From assembly GCA_027923505.1 (NCBI GenBank), contig BROI01000035.1:124001-188000 (forward strand): a stretch of 64,000 nt of DNA, read 5' to 3'. The position numbers were made by a program, and so were the translations under genes. This document shows, in pieces, positions 52,481 to 63,789 of this stretch; positions within the stretch are counted from its first letter, which is position 1, and each line of letters begins with the position of its first letter. This DNA comes from Mayamaea pseudoterrestris (taxonomy: Eukaryota). The notes beneath the pieces are model-generated. The model had not been told where the DNA came from. It saw only the letters and a list, made by a program, of their open reading frames with translations, and ran no database searches.

Positions 52481-55264
52481 ATGCTGACATTCGGTCGACT
52501 GGATTTTCTCCTCGTCCTTCTATTTGCCGTCGAAATTCTGTCATTTTATCCGCAGCCTCATTCTTTTGCCCTTAGACTGCGCTTTCAGTATGGCTACAAA
52601 AGTGAGAAAAGTCCGCGGTTACAACAGACTAAAACAAGTTTGAGTAATCTTTGCTACGAAATTGCTCCTGTTCTGGATAGTATTCCAGAAAAGTTTGACT
52701 CTTTCTTTCGTAGCGTCATCAACGCAACGGCGATTCGAGGTGCCGATACATCCAACCAAGGGCATGATTCATTTCGCTATGAATGGGGCACTTGGGTCGT
52801 TGATTCTTCTCTTGAGTATCTAATGGAGCAGGTCAATAGAGTAAGACTTGTAAAGGGAGCGTATGAAACTCTTGTGGCTGCAGCAACTGACGGCAACGAC
52901 ATAGATGCCTTGCCAAAGCCGGAGCGTTTTCGAATTGCTGGAAGCACATACTGGGACTGCATACTTCATGTACTTCCACCAGATTCAAATTGGCAAGGAA
53001 GATGGCCGACTGGATCTTGGACAATCGTCAAGGTTTTGACAGGAGTCGTGCAAATTGCTTCCCTGTCGGGTCCGGATCGCCATGGCAGTTTCAAGACTAA
53101 AACGTCGCGCGATCTACGGGGTGGGAGCGACGGCTCATTGGGATCGGGACAATCCACGAAAGGAGACGACTGTATCAAATACGTTGGAGGTCCTTTGCGA
53201 AGCTATAGAGGCAAGTATGGCAAGACTGTTTTGCTGGAAGTTGTCGTTCGCGCTCCCACTGGAATGGAAAGCATGTTGGCAGACATTGAACCCTTACTTG
53301 ACCTACAATCCATTATTGAAATTGTTGAGTCGGAAGGGGTGATTGAAGAAGCGCCAGTAGCTGAGCAAAATACCAAAGCTGCTATTAATGCACATTTGGG
53401 AAGTAAGCTTGGCATGGAATTTGAGAAGGTCGGTGGACTCGACAAGCAGCTCGATGCGATTGTGCGACGTGTCTTGGCGTCACGCGCTAATCCAAAGGCT
53501 GCAAAACGACTTGGGGTTGGCCATGTGCGAGGAATTTTACTCAGTGGACCTCCGGGATGTGGCAAGACGCTCCTTGCTAGAGAATTGTCACGGATGCTTG
53601 GGGCGCGTGAACCAATTATTGTCAATGGACCGGAAATTTTGGACAAGTACATTGGCGAGGCGGAAAAGAAGGTGCGAGAGCTCTTTTTGCCAGCTGAGCA
53701 AGAGTACAAGGTACTTGGTGACGATTCTGCCTTACATGTGATCGTTCTGGATGAGATGGACTCGATTGCGAGAAAGCGAGGAACCATGACGGCAGATACA
53801 ACGGGCGTCAGAGATTCGGTTGTCAATCAGTTGCTGGCTAAAATGGATGGAGTCAGAGAAGCAAGCAACATTCTAGTTATCGGTCTGACCAATCGACCAG
53901 ATCTCTTGGATCCTGCCCTGCTTCGTCCTGGACGCTTGGAAGTCCAGTTACGGGTGGAGCTGCCTGATCGAGAAGGTATGTTGAAACTAAAGGCTCGATT
54001 ACCAGGCTTCCTCGGCATGTGCCTCACTTTGCTCATTGTATCATTTCAGGCCGACGCGCTATATTAAGAATACACACACGTCAAATGAAAGAAGCTGGTG
54101 GACTGGGTGCGGACGCTATGAAGTGGATCGAGGATTTGAGCGATATGGGTCTAGCAGCGAAGTCGGAGTACTACTCTGGGGCTGAACTGGCGGGTTTAGT
54201 AAGGAGTGCGGCATCCTTTGCATTGAGTCGAGCAATAGAGGAGGATAACAACGACGCAGGTGCAGTTACTCGAAAAGATTTTCAAGAAAGTCTACAAGAA
54301 GTGCGACCTGCTTTGGGGAAGCAAGATGAGCTGTTAAAATCTAGATATCCACTCGGCATTAGCGCTTGTTCGGCATCAATCCAACGAGTCATGAGGGATC
54401 TTGAGCGATTTACGCGTCCAACTGTGTTCCATGCACCTCGCATACAATCACTCCTTCTGGTAGGGTCTGGAGGGCAAGGCGGTGCCGGGGTTACAGCGCT
54501 CGCCGCTTGGGCAGCTGCAAATGCTTCCAACAACGATTTAACGGACTATGTTCGCTTCGTCACTGCGCTTGATTTAATTACTGCGTCTGAAGGCGGCAAT
54601 GACGCCGCGCGTGCTGCAGCACTCGTATCAAAGTTTGAAGCGGCCAAGGAAATGCCACACTCATTGATTGTATTTGATGATGTGGATCAGCTGTGCGCTG
54701 GTAGTGGACAAGCTGGTTACAGCAGTGTCATGATTGCCACTATACGCGCACTTTTGCGAGTACCTCCAACGACGATGAATGCCAAAGCAGGAGGTAGAGT
54801 TGAATCGAAGGTCATTGGTGGAGCAAGAACAGTTCGTGTCATTGCGACAACATCAAGGTCTGATGCGGCCTGTGTAGTTCTCCATGAGCTTTTCGACGAG
54901 ACAATCGGTGAGTTATTTAGTCCCTTCCCATGTTTTTGATATCTTATTTATATGCTGTACTAACTGACATTATTCAGTCGTCCCACTTTTAGAGCATGCA
55001 TGCGAAGTTGCATCCTTGTTGCGTGATGCGGACGGATTCTCTAGCAAAATCGTCGATTGTGAAGACACGGCAAGGCGGATAATCAATAAACTGGACAAAG
55101 TCGGCATCAAAACCGCTCTTCGGATAGCTGAGCGCGTCGTAGCAGAGACGAGGCAAGAGACGGAAGATGTTGGATCAACGCAATCGAGTGCTCTGGACCT
55201 TATTTTGAATGATTTATCCTCAGATGGTGACTCGGCTCTACAGCTTTGTGAAGTCATCGCGTGA
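52481..55264 (+). CDS. NSF/Sec18-like AAA+ ATPase with an N-terminal signal peptide; exons 52481-53975, 54050-54907, 54978-55264
   Basis: NSF-type D1: [128 protein letters not shown]2 is degenerate. Confidence 0.85.
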
Positions 55265-55508
55265 GGATAGCCATAGAGGCCGCACTGCGAAGCAGTACTT
55301 ACCAGGCTTTGCCTATGAACAGATGTAAAAGTCACTCGAGCACTGTTAGACGTATTGCTTATTATTGAGTTACTATTCCGATACTTGTATCGCAACAGCT
55401 AAGCCACGTTAAGAGATACCTAAATCCCTTCATCGTCGAGAGAGTTACCTTGACCTCGCTTGTGCAGCATTGAAAAAGGTGCAGGAGACAACATCAACTG
55501 CACATGAT

Positions 55509-57665
55509 TTACTCGCTGCCAATGCTAGTGTCGTTTCGAGCACCAAGAAAGCTTGGGCGGGTGTAGCCAGACTCGCTATACTTACCAGCCTTAACTTTAA
55601 TACCCGACGAGTACTGCTGCAGAAGGACATCATCAGGAGATCTGTCGCAACCGTAGGGATCCTTTTGGCGTTGCTTCTTCTTGCCCTTTTTGCCTCCCTT
55701 TGGTTGCTTGTGATGCTTCTTATCGTTGCGCTGCTTCTCTGTACCGGCAATGGACATGTCGTTGCCATCCTCGTGCCGATCCATGAAATCTAGCAGCCCA
55801 TCGTCTTCGTCGTTGCGACCACCAGCGGCGAATAAATCCGCTGACTCTGTCGGGCGGACACTCGCCGTCAGCTGATGCTGGCGTTCAAGCTTTTGCCGCA
55901 GCTTCTGAGTATTCGCCAAAGCCGTGGCAATAGTCTCCTTCGCAAACACTTCCTCGTCTTCAACAGTTGGAGGAGGATGGCAATAAAGCAGCTTTCCTGC
56001 CGCGTAATCCTTAATGATCATACGCGCTGCCCGAGTATAGTCTGGTACACCCGACGACGCCGCCAGCATACTTCTTGCCACGCACAGAGTTGCGAGAAAC
56101 TCCTCAGATGTGGGCGGTGGCACTTGCGTTAAACCTCGTTCACGTAATTCCAGCAGCGTTGGCACCGGAAGCGTTATGCCGTATTGGGCATTGATAATGT
56201 CGCGTGGAATGCGCTGGCAAATTAAGTTGACAACGGGCCAGTGATCTCGCATTTGCGCAATGGGATATACGCCAGCGGCAATGAGATCGGCAGTGTTTGA
56301 TACAAAAGAAGGAAATACCAATCCAGGACAATCGCACAACATCATGTCGTCTCGATCCGGTAGCAGCAACGTTTGAAAATGTTTCGTTTTACCTGGTTGA
56401 CTCGCCACACCGACGCGGACGATTCCATGCGTATGCTTGCTTGATCCCACGCAAACGTTGATGACGCTCGATTTACCAACATTAGGAAATCCTACCATTC
56501 CGAATTGGATGCGATCATCATAGCGCGGGTCCGGCTGACAGTCATGCTTTAAAGCAAACGACATCATGGCTTCCAGCAATTGCTCACGTGTTAAAGGCAC
56601 GTCAACGCCAAAGCCGTCCGCCGAAAATGCTTTGTCGGTTTCAAGTTCGGATGTTTCACTTACGACAGTGTCATCTGCTGCTCTAGCTGCAGAAGCTCTT
56701 GGCTCACGTTCTTGCTCATCTTGTGACTCGTCGTCCTCGTCATCCTCATCCGATTCTAATTCATCGAACTCATCAGACTCTTTATCAGTTTCCAAGTCTA
56801 ATCGAGGATCCATTGCAAGCGCCTGTTCCATTCTTTCCTCGTGAGCCGCCGCATCGAGTTTGGCTTGCTCGTGGGTGGCCGAAAAGAATAAGAATTCCCA
56901 ACCACGCTCCGTCAGGTAGTCACTCCACTGCTCACGCTGCCTACGACTCAAGTAGTCACTTTTGTTTATCAAAACAAGCATTGGTTTTCCAAGCGAGTCA
57001 GCATAGTCCTTCAAGTCGTCCGAAAGGTAAAAAAGTGGGTTCCTTGCGTCAACCAGCTGTAACAAGCAAGCGGATCGCTCCAATACGCGCCAGAGCTGCC
57101 TCCATACTTCAATATTCTTCTCAAAGGGTGTAACATTAAGTGAGTCCCAGGACGTTGAATGCCTCATCAATTCCTCCTCCTTCATGGCAATGTTTCTTCG
57201 CCAATCCAAAAAGGCAGCTTGCTCCTGCCGATCCAAGTCTTGTGCCGACATGCTTGCATCCCAAAGGGGTCTTCGCGGAACGCATAGTTCCTGAAAGACA
57301 AAATTCGTCTTTTGATCAGCAAACTGTACACTGGAAGGTCTATAAGCATGCGTATTTGCATCTACAACAACGACTCCTTCTCGCTCCGACATGAACTCTC
57401 GATTTGCCAAATCTGCTTGCAGCAAAAAGTCGTCAACATTTTGTAGCTCCAAAATGCTCTTAGTTTTTGCTTCTGTGACTGTATCAACTAATCCAATGGA
57501 AGCGACTCCATTTCGTTGCTGCATGCCATCCGTCGATGGTTTTGGTGTTCCCTTCGGTCGCAAGGGATTGGCCCGATGAGCCTTTTGCAAAGCGTTCCCG
57601 AGACCGACGCTTCGCTCAAGCTTGCCGGGTTTTCCTTTACGGGATGTTCCCTGATTTCGGGGCAT
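55509..57665 (-). CDS. LSG1: Large-subunit GTPase 1 (circularly permuted GTPase)
   Basis: TPFEKNIEVWRQLWRVLERS, DARNP, NKSD (G4), GFPNVGKSS (G1), PGKTKHFQT (G2), LCDCPGLVFPSF (G3), GKLLYCHPPP. Confidence 0.94.
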   Translation of the reverse strand: MPRNQGTSRKGKPGKLERSVGLGNALQKAHRANPLRPKGTPKPSTDGMQQRNGVASIGLVDTVTEAKTKSILELQNVDDFLLQADLANREFMSEREGVVVVDANTHAYRPSSVQFADQKTNFVFQELCVPRRPLWDASMSAQDLDRQEQAAFLDWRRNIAMKEEELMRHSTSWDSLNVTPFEKNIEVWRQLWRVLERSACLLQLVDARNPLFYLSDDLKDYADSLGKPMLVLINKSDYLSRRQREQWSDYLTERGWEFLFFSATHEQAKLDAAAHEERMEQALAMDPRLDLETDKESDEFDELESDEDDEDDESQDEQEREPRASAARAADDTVVSETSELETDKAFSADGFGVDVPLTREQLLEAMMSFALKHDCQPDPRYDDRIQFGMVGFPNVGKSSVINVCVGSSKHTHGIVRVGVASQPGKTKHFQTLLLPDRDDMMLCDCPGLVFPSFVSNTADLIAAGVYPIAQMRDHWPVVNLICQRIPRDIINAQYGITLPVPTLLELRERGLTQVPPPTSEEFLATLCVARSMLAASSGVPDYTRAARMIIKDYAAGKLLYCHPPPTVEDEEVFAKETIATALANTQKLRQKLERQHQLTASVRPTESADLFAAGGRNDEDDGLLDFMDRHEDGNDMSIAGTEKQRNDKKHHKQPKGGKKGKKKQRQKDPYGCDRSPDDVLLQQYSSGIKVKAGKYSESGYTRPSFLGARNDTSIGSE

Positions 57666-58307
57666 GTTTGTTAAAGTACAAATGTAGCTTGTTTCTGTAA
57701 TTTCTCGTTTGCTACTGTATGATCTTTTATGTGAAGAAGTAGCGACGAGCAACTTGCTTGTTGCTTGGATGTGATTTCCGTTTTCTGTGAAACCCGCGCG
57801 TTTGACTGGTTCTCCTTCCAAAAGGTTCGCGCCCTTTTTTAGTCGAACGAGTCATGAGTATCTTGGCTGACGTGTCAATAGTCACAGCCTCATCCTTATT
57901 GGAGTCCGATCCATGTTGGTCGTCGGCTCCACCATGATACAACATGCTCTCGTTCGACTTGCTCTTGATTTACATCCTCTACCTGTAGCCGACAAAACTC
58001 TCTTGATACAAGTCTATCTCTAAAATCGAATATACTGTCTGGATTGTATACGAGCTGAAAAAGTCATCAAAAGGGTCATTTGACAAGCTCTTGTAATCCA
58101 TTGATTCTTCATTCGAGCCTCATCTGCTCATCTGGCTGCTGTTTGCAAGCAATTGGCTGAACAACGAAAAAGTAAGCAAGCAGTCACTTTAACAAGAAGC
58201 TTGACGAAACGAAAAGCTGCAGTCAATAGCTGCAGTCAATATTGTGAGCACTTACTCGGTCATTCATCAACGAAACAACTTCATCATTCCCCCACTCGAA
58301 CGACACC

Positions 58308-59276
58308 ATGGCATCACGACGATACAGTGTCACACGAGCGGAAGTCCAAGCGCTTCCTCGATTCCTCCTGTCAAGTTCAAATGCCGATGATTCCGATGAG
58401 GAAGTAGAAGTCATCGAGGAAACAACCAAAGTGCAACCAGCAGGGCGGCCCAGTCCAAGCAGCATTCTACGAAAACCAACCATAGTTGCCAAACCTCCTA
58501 CTACCAGTATTCAGCAAGCTCCACAAAACTTGGCGGAACTTTCAATAGAAGATGACGAAACGGTTATTGACGAGGAGGAGATATTTGAGGAGGAAGAATA
58601 CGAAGAAATTATTGAAGAAGAGGAGGAGGAAATTATTGACGATGATTTAGCTCGTTCCAGTCATTCCACCAGTAAAACGAGAAAAGCAACATGCGATGCG
58701 AATCCACTAGCTTATGCTTCCACGTCGGCATTGACAGCAGCTGCTGCACGGGTCACTCACGAAACCTTTGCAGCAGCGTCTCGACAGGACGACGATCATG
58801 ACGACGATGACGATGAACCAGCCGAGGATGAAGAAAGCTTGCCAGACGCTGAAGACGTGTTGGAAGCGCTCCGCTACATTTTACGACAAGAAAAACCTGT
58901 TGAGAATGGTTACATTACCGACCAACAGGAAGCTCAAATGCTTGGATTGCCGCTCTCGGAAATGGTTGACATTATGAAACACTTTGAGCTATGCGATAAC
59001 GAGAATGCTCCCATTCGTTGGGACTTGGTTTGTCTCATGATTAATGCCGTTCAAGACGAGCCAGACATGTCAGAGGAAGAGCTACTAGAGGAGGAGGAGG
59101 ACGACGACGACGACGACCTTTTGGATGAGACTGGTCGCATTGATGACAGCGACAATGATTTGGAAGCGTTGGATGAAGTTGGCAGCCTTGGGTCAGGCTA
59201 CGAATTGGAAGCAAAGGACGATACTTGTCACTCGGACTTGTCGGAATTTAACGAGAGTGGAATACATGCAGATTAA
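58308..59276 (+). CDS. Highly acidic low-complexity hypothetical protein
   Basis: 322-aa ORF with D/E tracts flanking a short, probably folded segment (DVLEALRYILRQEK...PIRWDLV). Confidence 0.7.
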   Translation: MASRRYSVTRAEVQALPRFLLSSSNADDSDEEVEVIEETTKVQPAGRPSPSSILRKPTIVAKPPTTSIQQAPQNLAELSIEDDETVIDEEEIFEEEEYEEIIEEEEEEIIDDDLARSSHSTSKTRKATCDANPLAYASTSALTAAAARVTHETFAAASRQDDDHDDDDDEPAEDEESLPDAEDVLEALRYILRQEKPVENGYITDQQEAQMLGLPLSEMVDIMKHFELCDNENAPIRWDLVCLMINAVQDEPDMSEEELLEEEEDDDDDDLLDETGRIDDSDNDLEALDEVGSLGSGYELEAKDDTCHSDLSEFNESGIHAD

Positions 59277-59571
59277 AGATCGGCATGCAGACTGCAAGTC
59301 ATGGATGCAGCAGAAGTCGAATAGCTCCGATTGGTGCTTGGCGTTGACTTGGAAGTATGGAAGAAATGTTCCCGGGATTTTTATTTTTGCGTGTAATAGA
59401 ACAATTTGATCTTACAGTGAGTATGTACCGGTACTAGCGAAATCATGACGTACGGTTTGATGCCATAGTAGTTTTAGGTATACTATTCATGTGTCGCTTC
59501 ATGCGTTATTCATAGGTAACCAATATATACCATTTCGCAAAAGTTCCCGTCATGATATTCACTCCACTTGG

Positions 59572-60589
59572 TCACTTGCTGTAGAATGCGACCATGACGG
59601 TGACATTATCGGACGTTCCTCTTCGAATGGACTCGTCCACCAAACATTGGGCGGCAGTTTTATGAGGCGTCGGATATTGCTGATAGCTGCGCACCAAGTC
59701 AACCGCCTGCTGATCCGTCACTACATCAAAAAAGCCGTCACATGCGACAATGACAAAGGGATCTTGGTCTAACGTTACTGTAATGTCTTGAACATGAGGA
59801 TGAGCAATTACAAATGGCTTCAATTGATGATCGCCAAGGCTCCTTGTAATGGCAAGAATGCCCATGACTCTGTTTTTGAATATAAATCCTCCGGCTTGTT
59901 CAATTCGTATAACTTCCATCGGATCTTGAGCATTGTGGTCGTGCGTCAAACGAATAGCCATGGTTCGTTTGCTGTGGCCACGAACGTATTTGCCAACCAC
60001 AATGCGAGCATCGCCGGCATTCGCGGCTGTAATGCGAAGCTGAGTTGAACCGAGTCTCTGCATGCAATAGTATTTGCGTGTTAAGGACATTGTTGTCAGA
60101 GTCAGAATGCTACCGTAAGTATCGACTGCTACAGTAGCCAATGCATCCGTTCAAACATTTGCCAGTCTCGCCCGACTACCGGTAGCAACGACTCACCTGA
60201 ATTACGCAGCAAGCTACAGTTGCTCCACTATTCGTGACTCCAGACTTTAAGGCATGAATATCAGTGATTAGAAAGGCTCGTTCAAGGCGAGTCGACAATT
60301 CAACCGTTTCATCGTCATCCAAAATTTCATGAGCTAAATGTCGACTTAAGGAATGCTCCAGAAAATCCACCATGTCTCTACCACCGTGGCCATCATATAC
60401 TGCAAGATATGCTTTATCGTTCAATGCTTTTCCAGACAGTGGCCAGTCTCCCGCCGCATGAATGACGTGAATATCCTCCATCTGGGGTCGTCGAGACGGA
60501 TTCATTGCTTCGGCAACTGTTACATGCATGTCAGCAGATTCAAAATCGTCATGATAAGGAAATAACGACGTCGAGGCGCTGCTGCTCAT
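59572..60589 (-). CDS. Protein phosphatase 2C (PPM family); exons 60589-60197, 60057-59572
   Basis: RRPQMEDIH, VYDGHGG, SGATV, ANAGDAR, LTHDHNA, LAITRSLGD, IVACDGFFDV, GTSDNVTV. The GTGAGT..CAG intron is in frame. Confidence 0.93.
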
Positions 60590-60912
60590 GGCTATATCAA
60601 TTTGGAGCTAATAGATTGCGAAGGGAAGAATGACGGGCGATCAATGGACGACGGACGACGGACGACGGCTCGATCCGTCATGGTCGAAGCTCGCATCGTC
60701 CTTCCAATGCGTCCATAACCTGTGCGACCATCAACATTTAGCTATCGGTAGGGTGCAAGTCCAGAATTTTAGCGTTTGGGCTCACAACGTCTTCCTACTT
60801 CCCATTGTAGAAGAAGTTGCTGTACTACAACGATGAGATGTAATAAATGGCAGCAGCTGGTTTCTAATTTGCGTTTTGCTCTTGCTGTATTTAAAATACT
60901 CAACTTTGGGTT

Positions 60913-62593
60913 TTACTTCGTCTTGCTCGTGACCAAGTCAACAGCAACCTTGCACCCGTCGTAAATGTGAATCTTGTTATTGTTCATAATAGCCGTATTC
61001 ATGCTCGTCAACAAGTCCGGTCCTTCCAAGAACAAGTTGATGTAATGCATGGCGTCGGAAATTTCGCGCGCCTCCTCTGTTCCATCACCCAATTCGCTTG
61101 AACGCTTGGCCGAGTCAGCTTCATGGTCACCAACACGACGAATATGCAACTTGGGCACGCAATAAAAGGCCAATTCACTTGGCTTGCAAGCCAGGACATC
61201 CGTCACGCGCGACAAAATGTCAGTCGTGGCCACGGCCGGAAAGTACTCGTCAAACGTAAAGAGGGTTACATCCGACTTGGGCTCCTTCTTGCCATCAAGC
61301 AAAGACTTTTGAAAATCATAGACACCCTCCGTCGTCGTGACGGTTTCAAACGAAACACCAGACTCGTCGAGAATTTGGCAAAAGGCAGTCTTCATGTGAG
61401 CATGGTCACCCGCATTGAGCAGCAGCTGGATCTTGCCTTGACGCAATAGATCCGTGCAAGCCTTGACGAGCGAAATGATAAACTTGCGCTGTGCACCGGC
61501 TCCACCTACCGGCACCAAAAGACGGAGAGGACGGCCAGCCTTGGCGCGATCCATGCGGCGCTGGCAATCAGCGTCAATATTGTCCACCATTTCAGCCGGG
61601 CACCAATGTCCAGCCCACTGGAGCTCCTTGGCGGCAATCCCCATGCGACGAAAGGATTCGTAATTGACCGGTCCTTGGCAAAGGTTAATCGTGTTTGGGA
61701 CCGTCAAGAACCACTGTGGGTGATTATCAACAACGAGGTTGACAACATTGGTAAAGCCAGCAGCCGAGGCAGTCAGCGCCACGAGCTGGTGAGTCGTGAC
61801 AATGGGCGTATCCTTGCCAAAGGTCAAGAGAAGCGGCTGCAAGTGAGCAGCGGTCAATGCGGCCATGCGTAGTGCATTACTGCATGCAAAAGTGAGGAGA
61901 GAGTGATGTGAGCGAATAAAGTGAGAGAGAGAATCGCCAACAATGTAAAGGTGATTCTTCCCATTGCCATACGTACGCATCTCCGCCCAACATGGCAGCG
62001 CCCCACAACTTTTCAATGGGTCCGCCCATCTCCGAGGCCCAGCGCGAAAACTTGCTATACATTGCATCGGTACTCTTGACCAAGTCGGCTTCCTTAGACT
62101 GGATGGCAATCAAGTCGTGAAAAATGGTCGTGCGACCAGTCTTGAGTGCCCAGCTGCAGGCACTGTAAGCCAATCGATGATGGCCAAATCCCATGCGAAT
62201 CGTAGCCACGACAATGGGAGGCGACGTTGAGGACTTCAATACTTGCGCAATAGACTGCACATTCTTGGCCTTTGCATCACAAGTTCCAGCCTTGCGCGTT
62301 ACCAACAAGCCAGGAACGTGAGGAGATTCGAAGCAGTCGAGTGAAATGGGTTCAGACGAAGCCTTGTGATTTCCATTGGCAAGCTTGTGGCCGAGAACAA
62401 CCTTGATTGGATTGACAGGATTCTTCTTGGCGTCCACGAACGAGTCAATGTCGCAATGCGTTTTTGGAGAAACAAGGAGCTTTTCGTAAGTCACCTTGGC
62501 CCACGCCGTCAAAACGACAAGGAGGAACAGGATGCTGGCTACGATTGCTGCCAAGACAATGAGAAAGACGGCCCATGGTGCAAAGACTGCCAT
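60913..62593 (-). CDS. Membrane-anchored GT-B-fold glycosyltransferase-like protein; exons 62593-61977, 61879-60913
   Basis: N-terminal TM anchor. IRMGFGHHRLAYSA (GT28/MGDG-synthase-like xGxGH loop), VTTHQLVA, LLVPVGGAGAQ, DVLACKPSELAF, RRVGDHE. The intron joins GGDA|NALRM in frame. Confidence 0.65.
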
Positions 62594-62826
62594 GTTGCTC
62601 TTGTACTTGCTCTTGTTGATGCAAATTAATGTCTTGCTTGCTTTCTCCTGGCTATTCTTCACTGGCAAGAGAGAGGAGAGGAATATATGAACGGAGCTGT
62701 CGAGAGAGGAACACGCAGCGAGAGCGAAGAAGCGACTTCTTGCGGTTTCGAAAGATCTTCATGGAACGAGGCGCGCTGTTGGAAGATGCGTCCGTGGCGC
62801 TCGTTCAATTCAACTATCGTCGTGAA

Positions 62827-62930
62827 TTGGCACTACTGTTTGCTTCATAGTGCCAAAAACTTTGATTTTCAACGTTCTTGGCAGTACTCTATTTCCTATA
62901 GTGCCAAAAATTAAAGTTTTTGGCAGTACA
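62827..62930. repeat. Cluster of five alternating TTGGCA/TGCCAA motifs forming nested inverted and direct repeats
   Basis: TTGGCACTA (62827) pairs with TAGTGCCAA (62848). TGCCAAAAA (62902) pairs with TTTTTGGCA (62917). Direct repeats ATAGTGCCAAAAA x2 and TTGGCAGTAC x2. Confidence 0.7.
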
Positions 62931-63097
62931 TTTTGGTTGATAGTGATCACAAACGATATGCCTCAGCGGTACTGGATCATATGGCGTCGCAGAATCGAAG
63001 AATGGCCTCTTGCACCTTGCCCGAGCTGCATGCAACAAAACGAACCAAGCAGCAAGCAGCAAGCTAACAAGCAACCAATCTACCGATAGTATCGCAA

Positions 63098-63499
63098 ATG
63101 TCTAAAAGGTTCCCTGCTGCCGGATCCCGTGCCGAGGACGATGATGTCATCAACCAAGCCATTGACAAGGCCAAACCACTCATGGCAAAACTAACCTTTG
63201 GCTCATTCGTTGGATACTGCAGCGGCATGGCAACGCAGAGAATTGCCAGAGCTACGGCCCTTTTGATTGGAGTGACATTTATCGGAATTCAGATTGCTGC
63301 ATCAGCTGGAATTTTGACCATGGACTGGAACAAGCTTCAATTGCATTGTACCAAATTGATGGACGTTTCCGGCAATGGCAAGTTTGATGGAGAAGACGTC
63401 AAGGTATACTGGAAAAAGGTTCGAACGATATTGACCAAGAATATTCCATCGGCGGGTGGATTCAGTTTTGGGTTCTTGTACGGAGTGCGGTACGGATAG
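63098..63499 (+). CDS. FUN14-domain mitochondrial outer-membrane protein
   Basis: LTFGSFVGYCSGMATQRIAR...IGVTFIGIQIAASAGILTMDWNKL...LTKNIPSAGGFSFGFLYG. Confidence 0.88.
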   Translation: MSKRFPAAGSRAEDDDVINQAIDKAKPLMAKLTFGSFVGYCSGMATQRIARATALLIGVTFIGIQIAASAGILTMDWNKLQLHCTKLMDVSGNGKFDGEDVKVYWKKVRTILTKNIPSAGGFSFGFLYGVRYG

Positions 63500-63789
63500 A
63501 TGCGCAAGCGCGGCGTTTCGGATGGAACGACTTGAGAGTGACGTTTCACTTGGCAGTAACAATACTTTACTTCATATGCTCCTTCCATAAATGGCAATCA
63601 ACTCTCTGATTGGCAGCTTCTCGTAAAGATAGACGCCGTAAAGACTTATTTATGTGTAACGCAATATTCCATGTAGCGTCGAGCTTGCATCCACTGGTTT
63701 ATTAATACAAATACAATGGCAGCTGGATCGAGCGATTGACGAACACCGCTATTTACCATCACACTGCAAAATTCATCATTGATGTACAT

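Noticed and set aside
52461..52483. Perfect Shine-Dalgarno-like AAGGAGG before the NSF-like ORF
   Set aside because: The gene has two spliceosomal introns and a eukaryotic signal peptide, and the spacing to GTG/ATG is non-optimal, so this is likely chance.
60646..60669. (GGACGAC)x3 micro-repeat upstream of PP2C, and GAG/GAC runs at about 59086-59117
   Set aside because: Short simple repeats, the latter encoding acidic tracts; no evidence of function.
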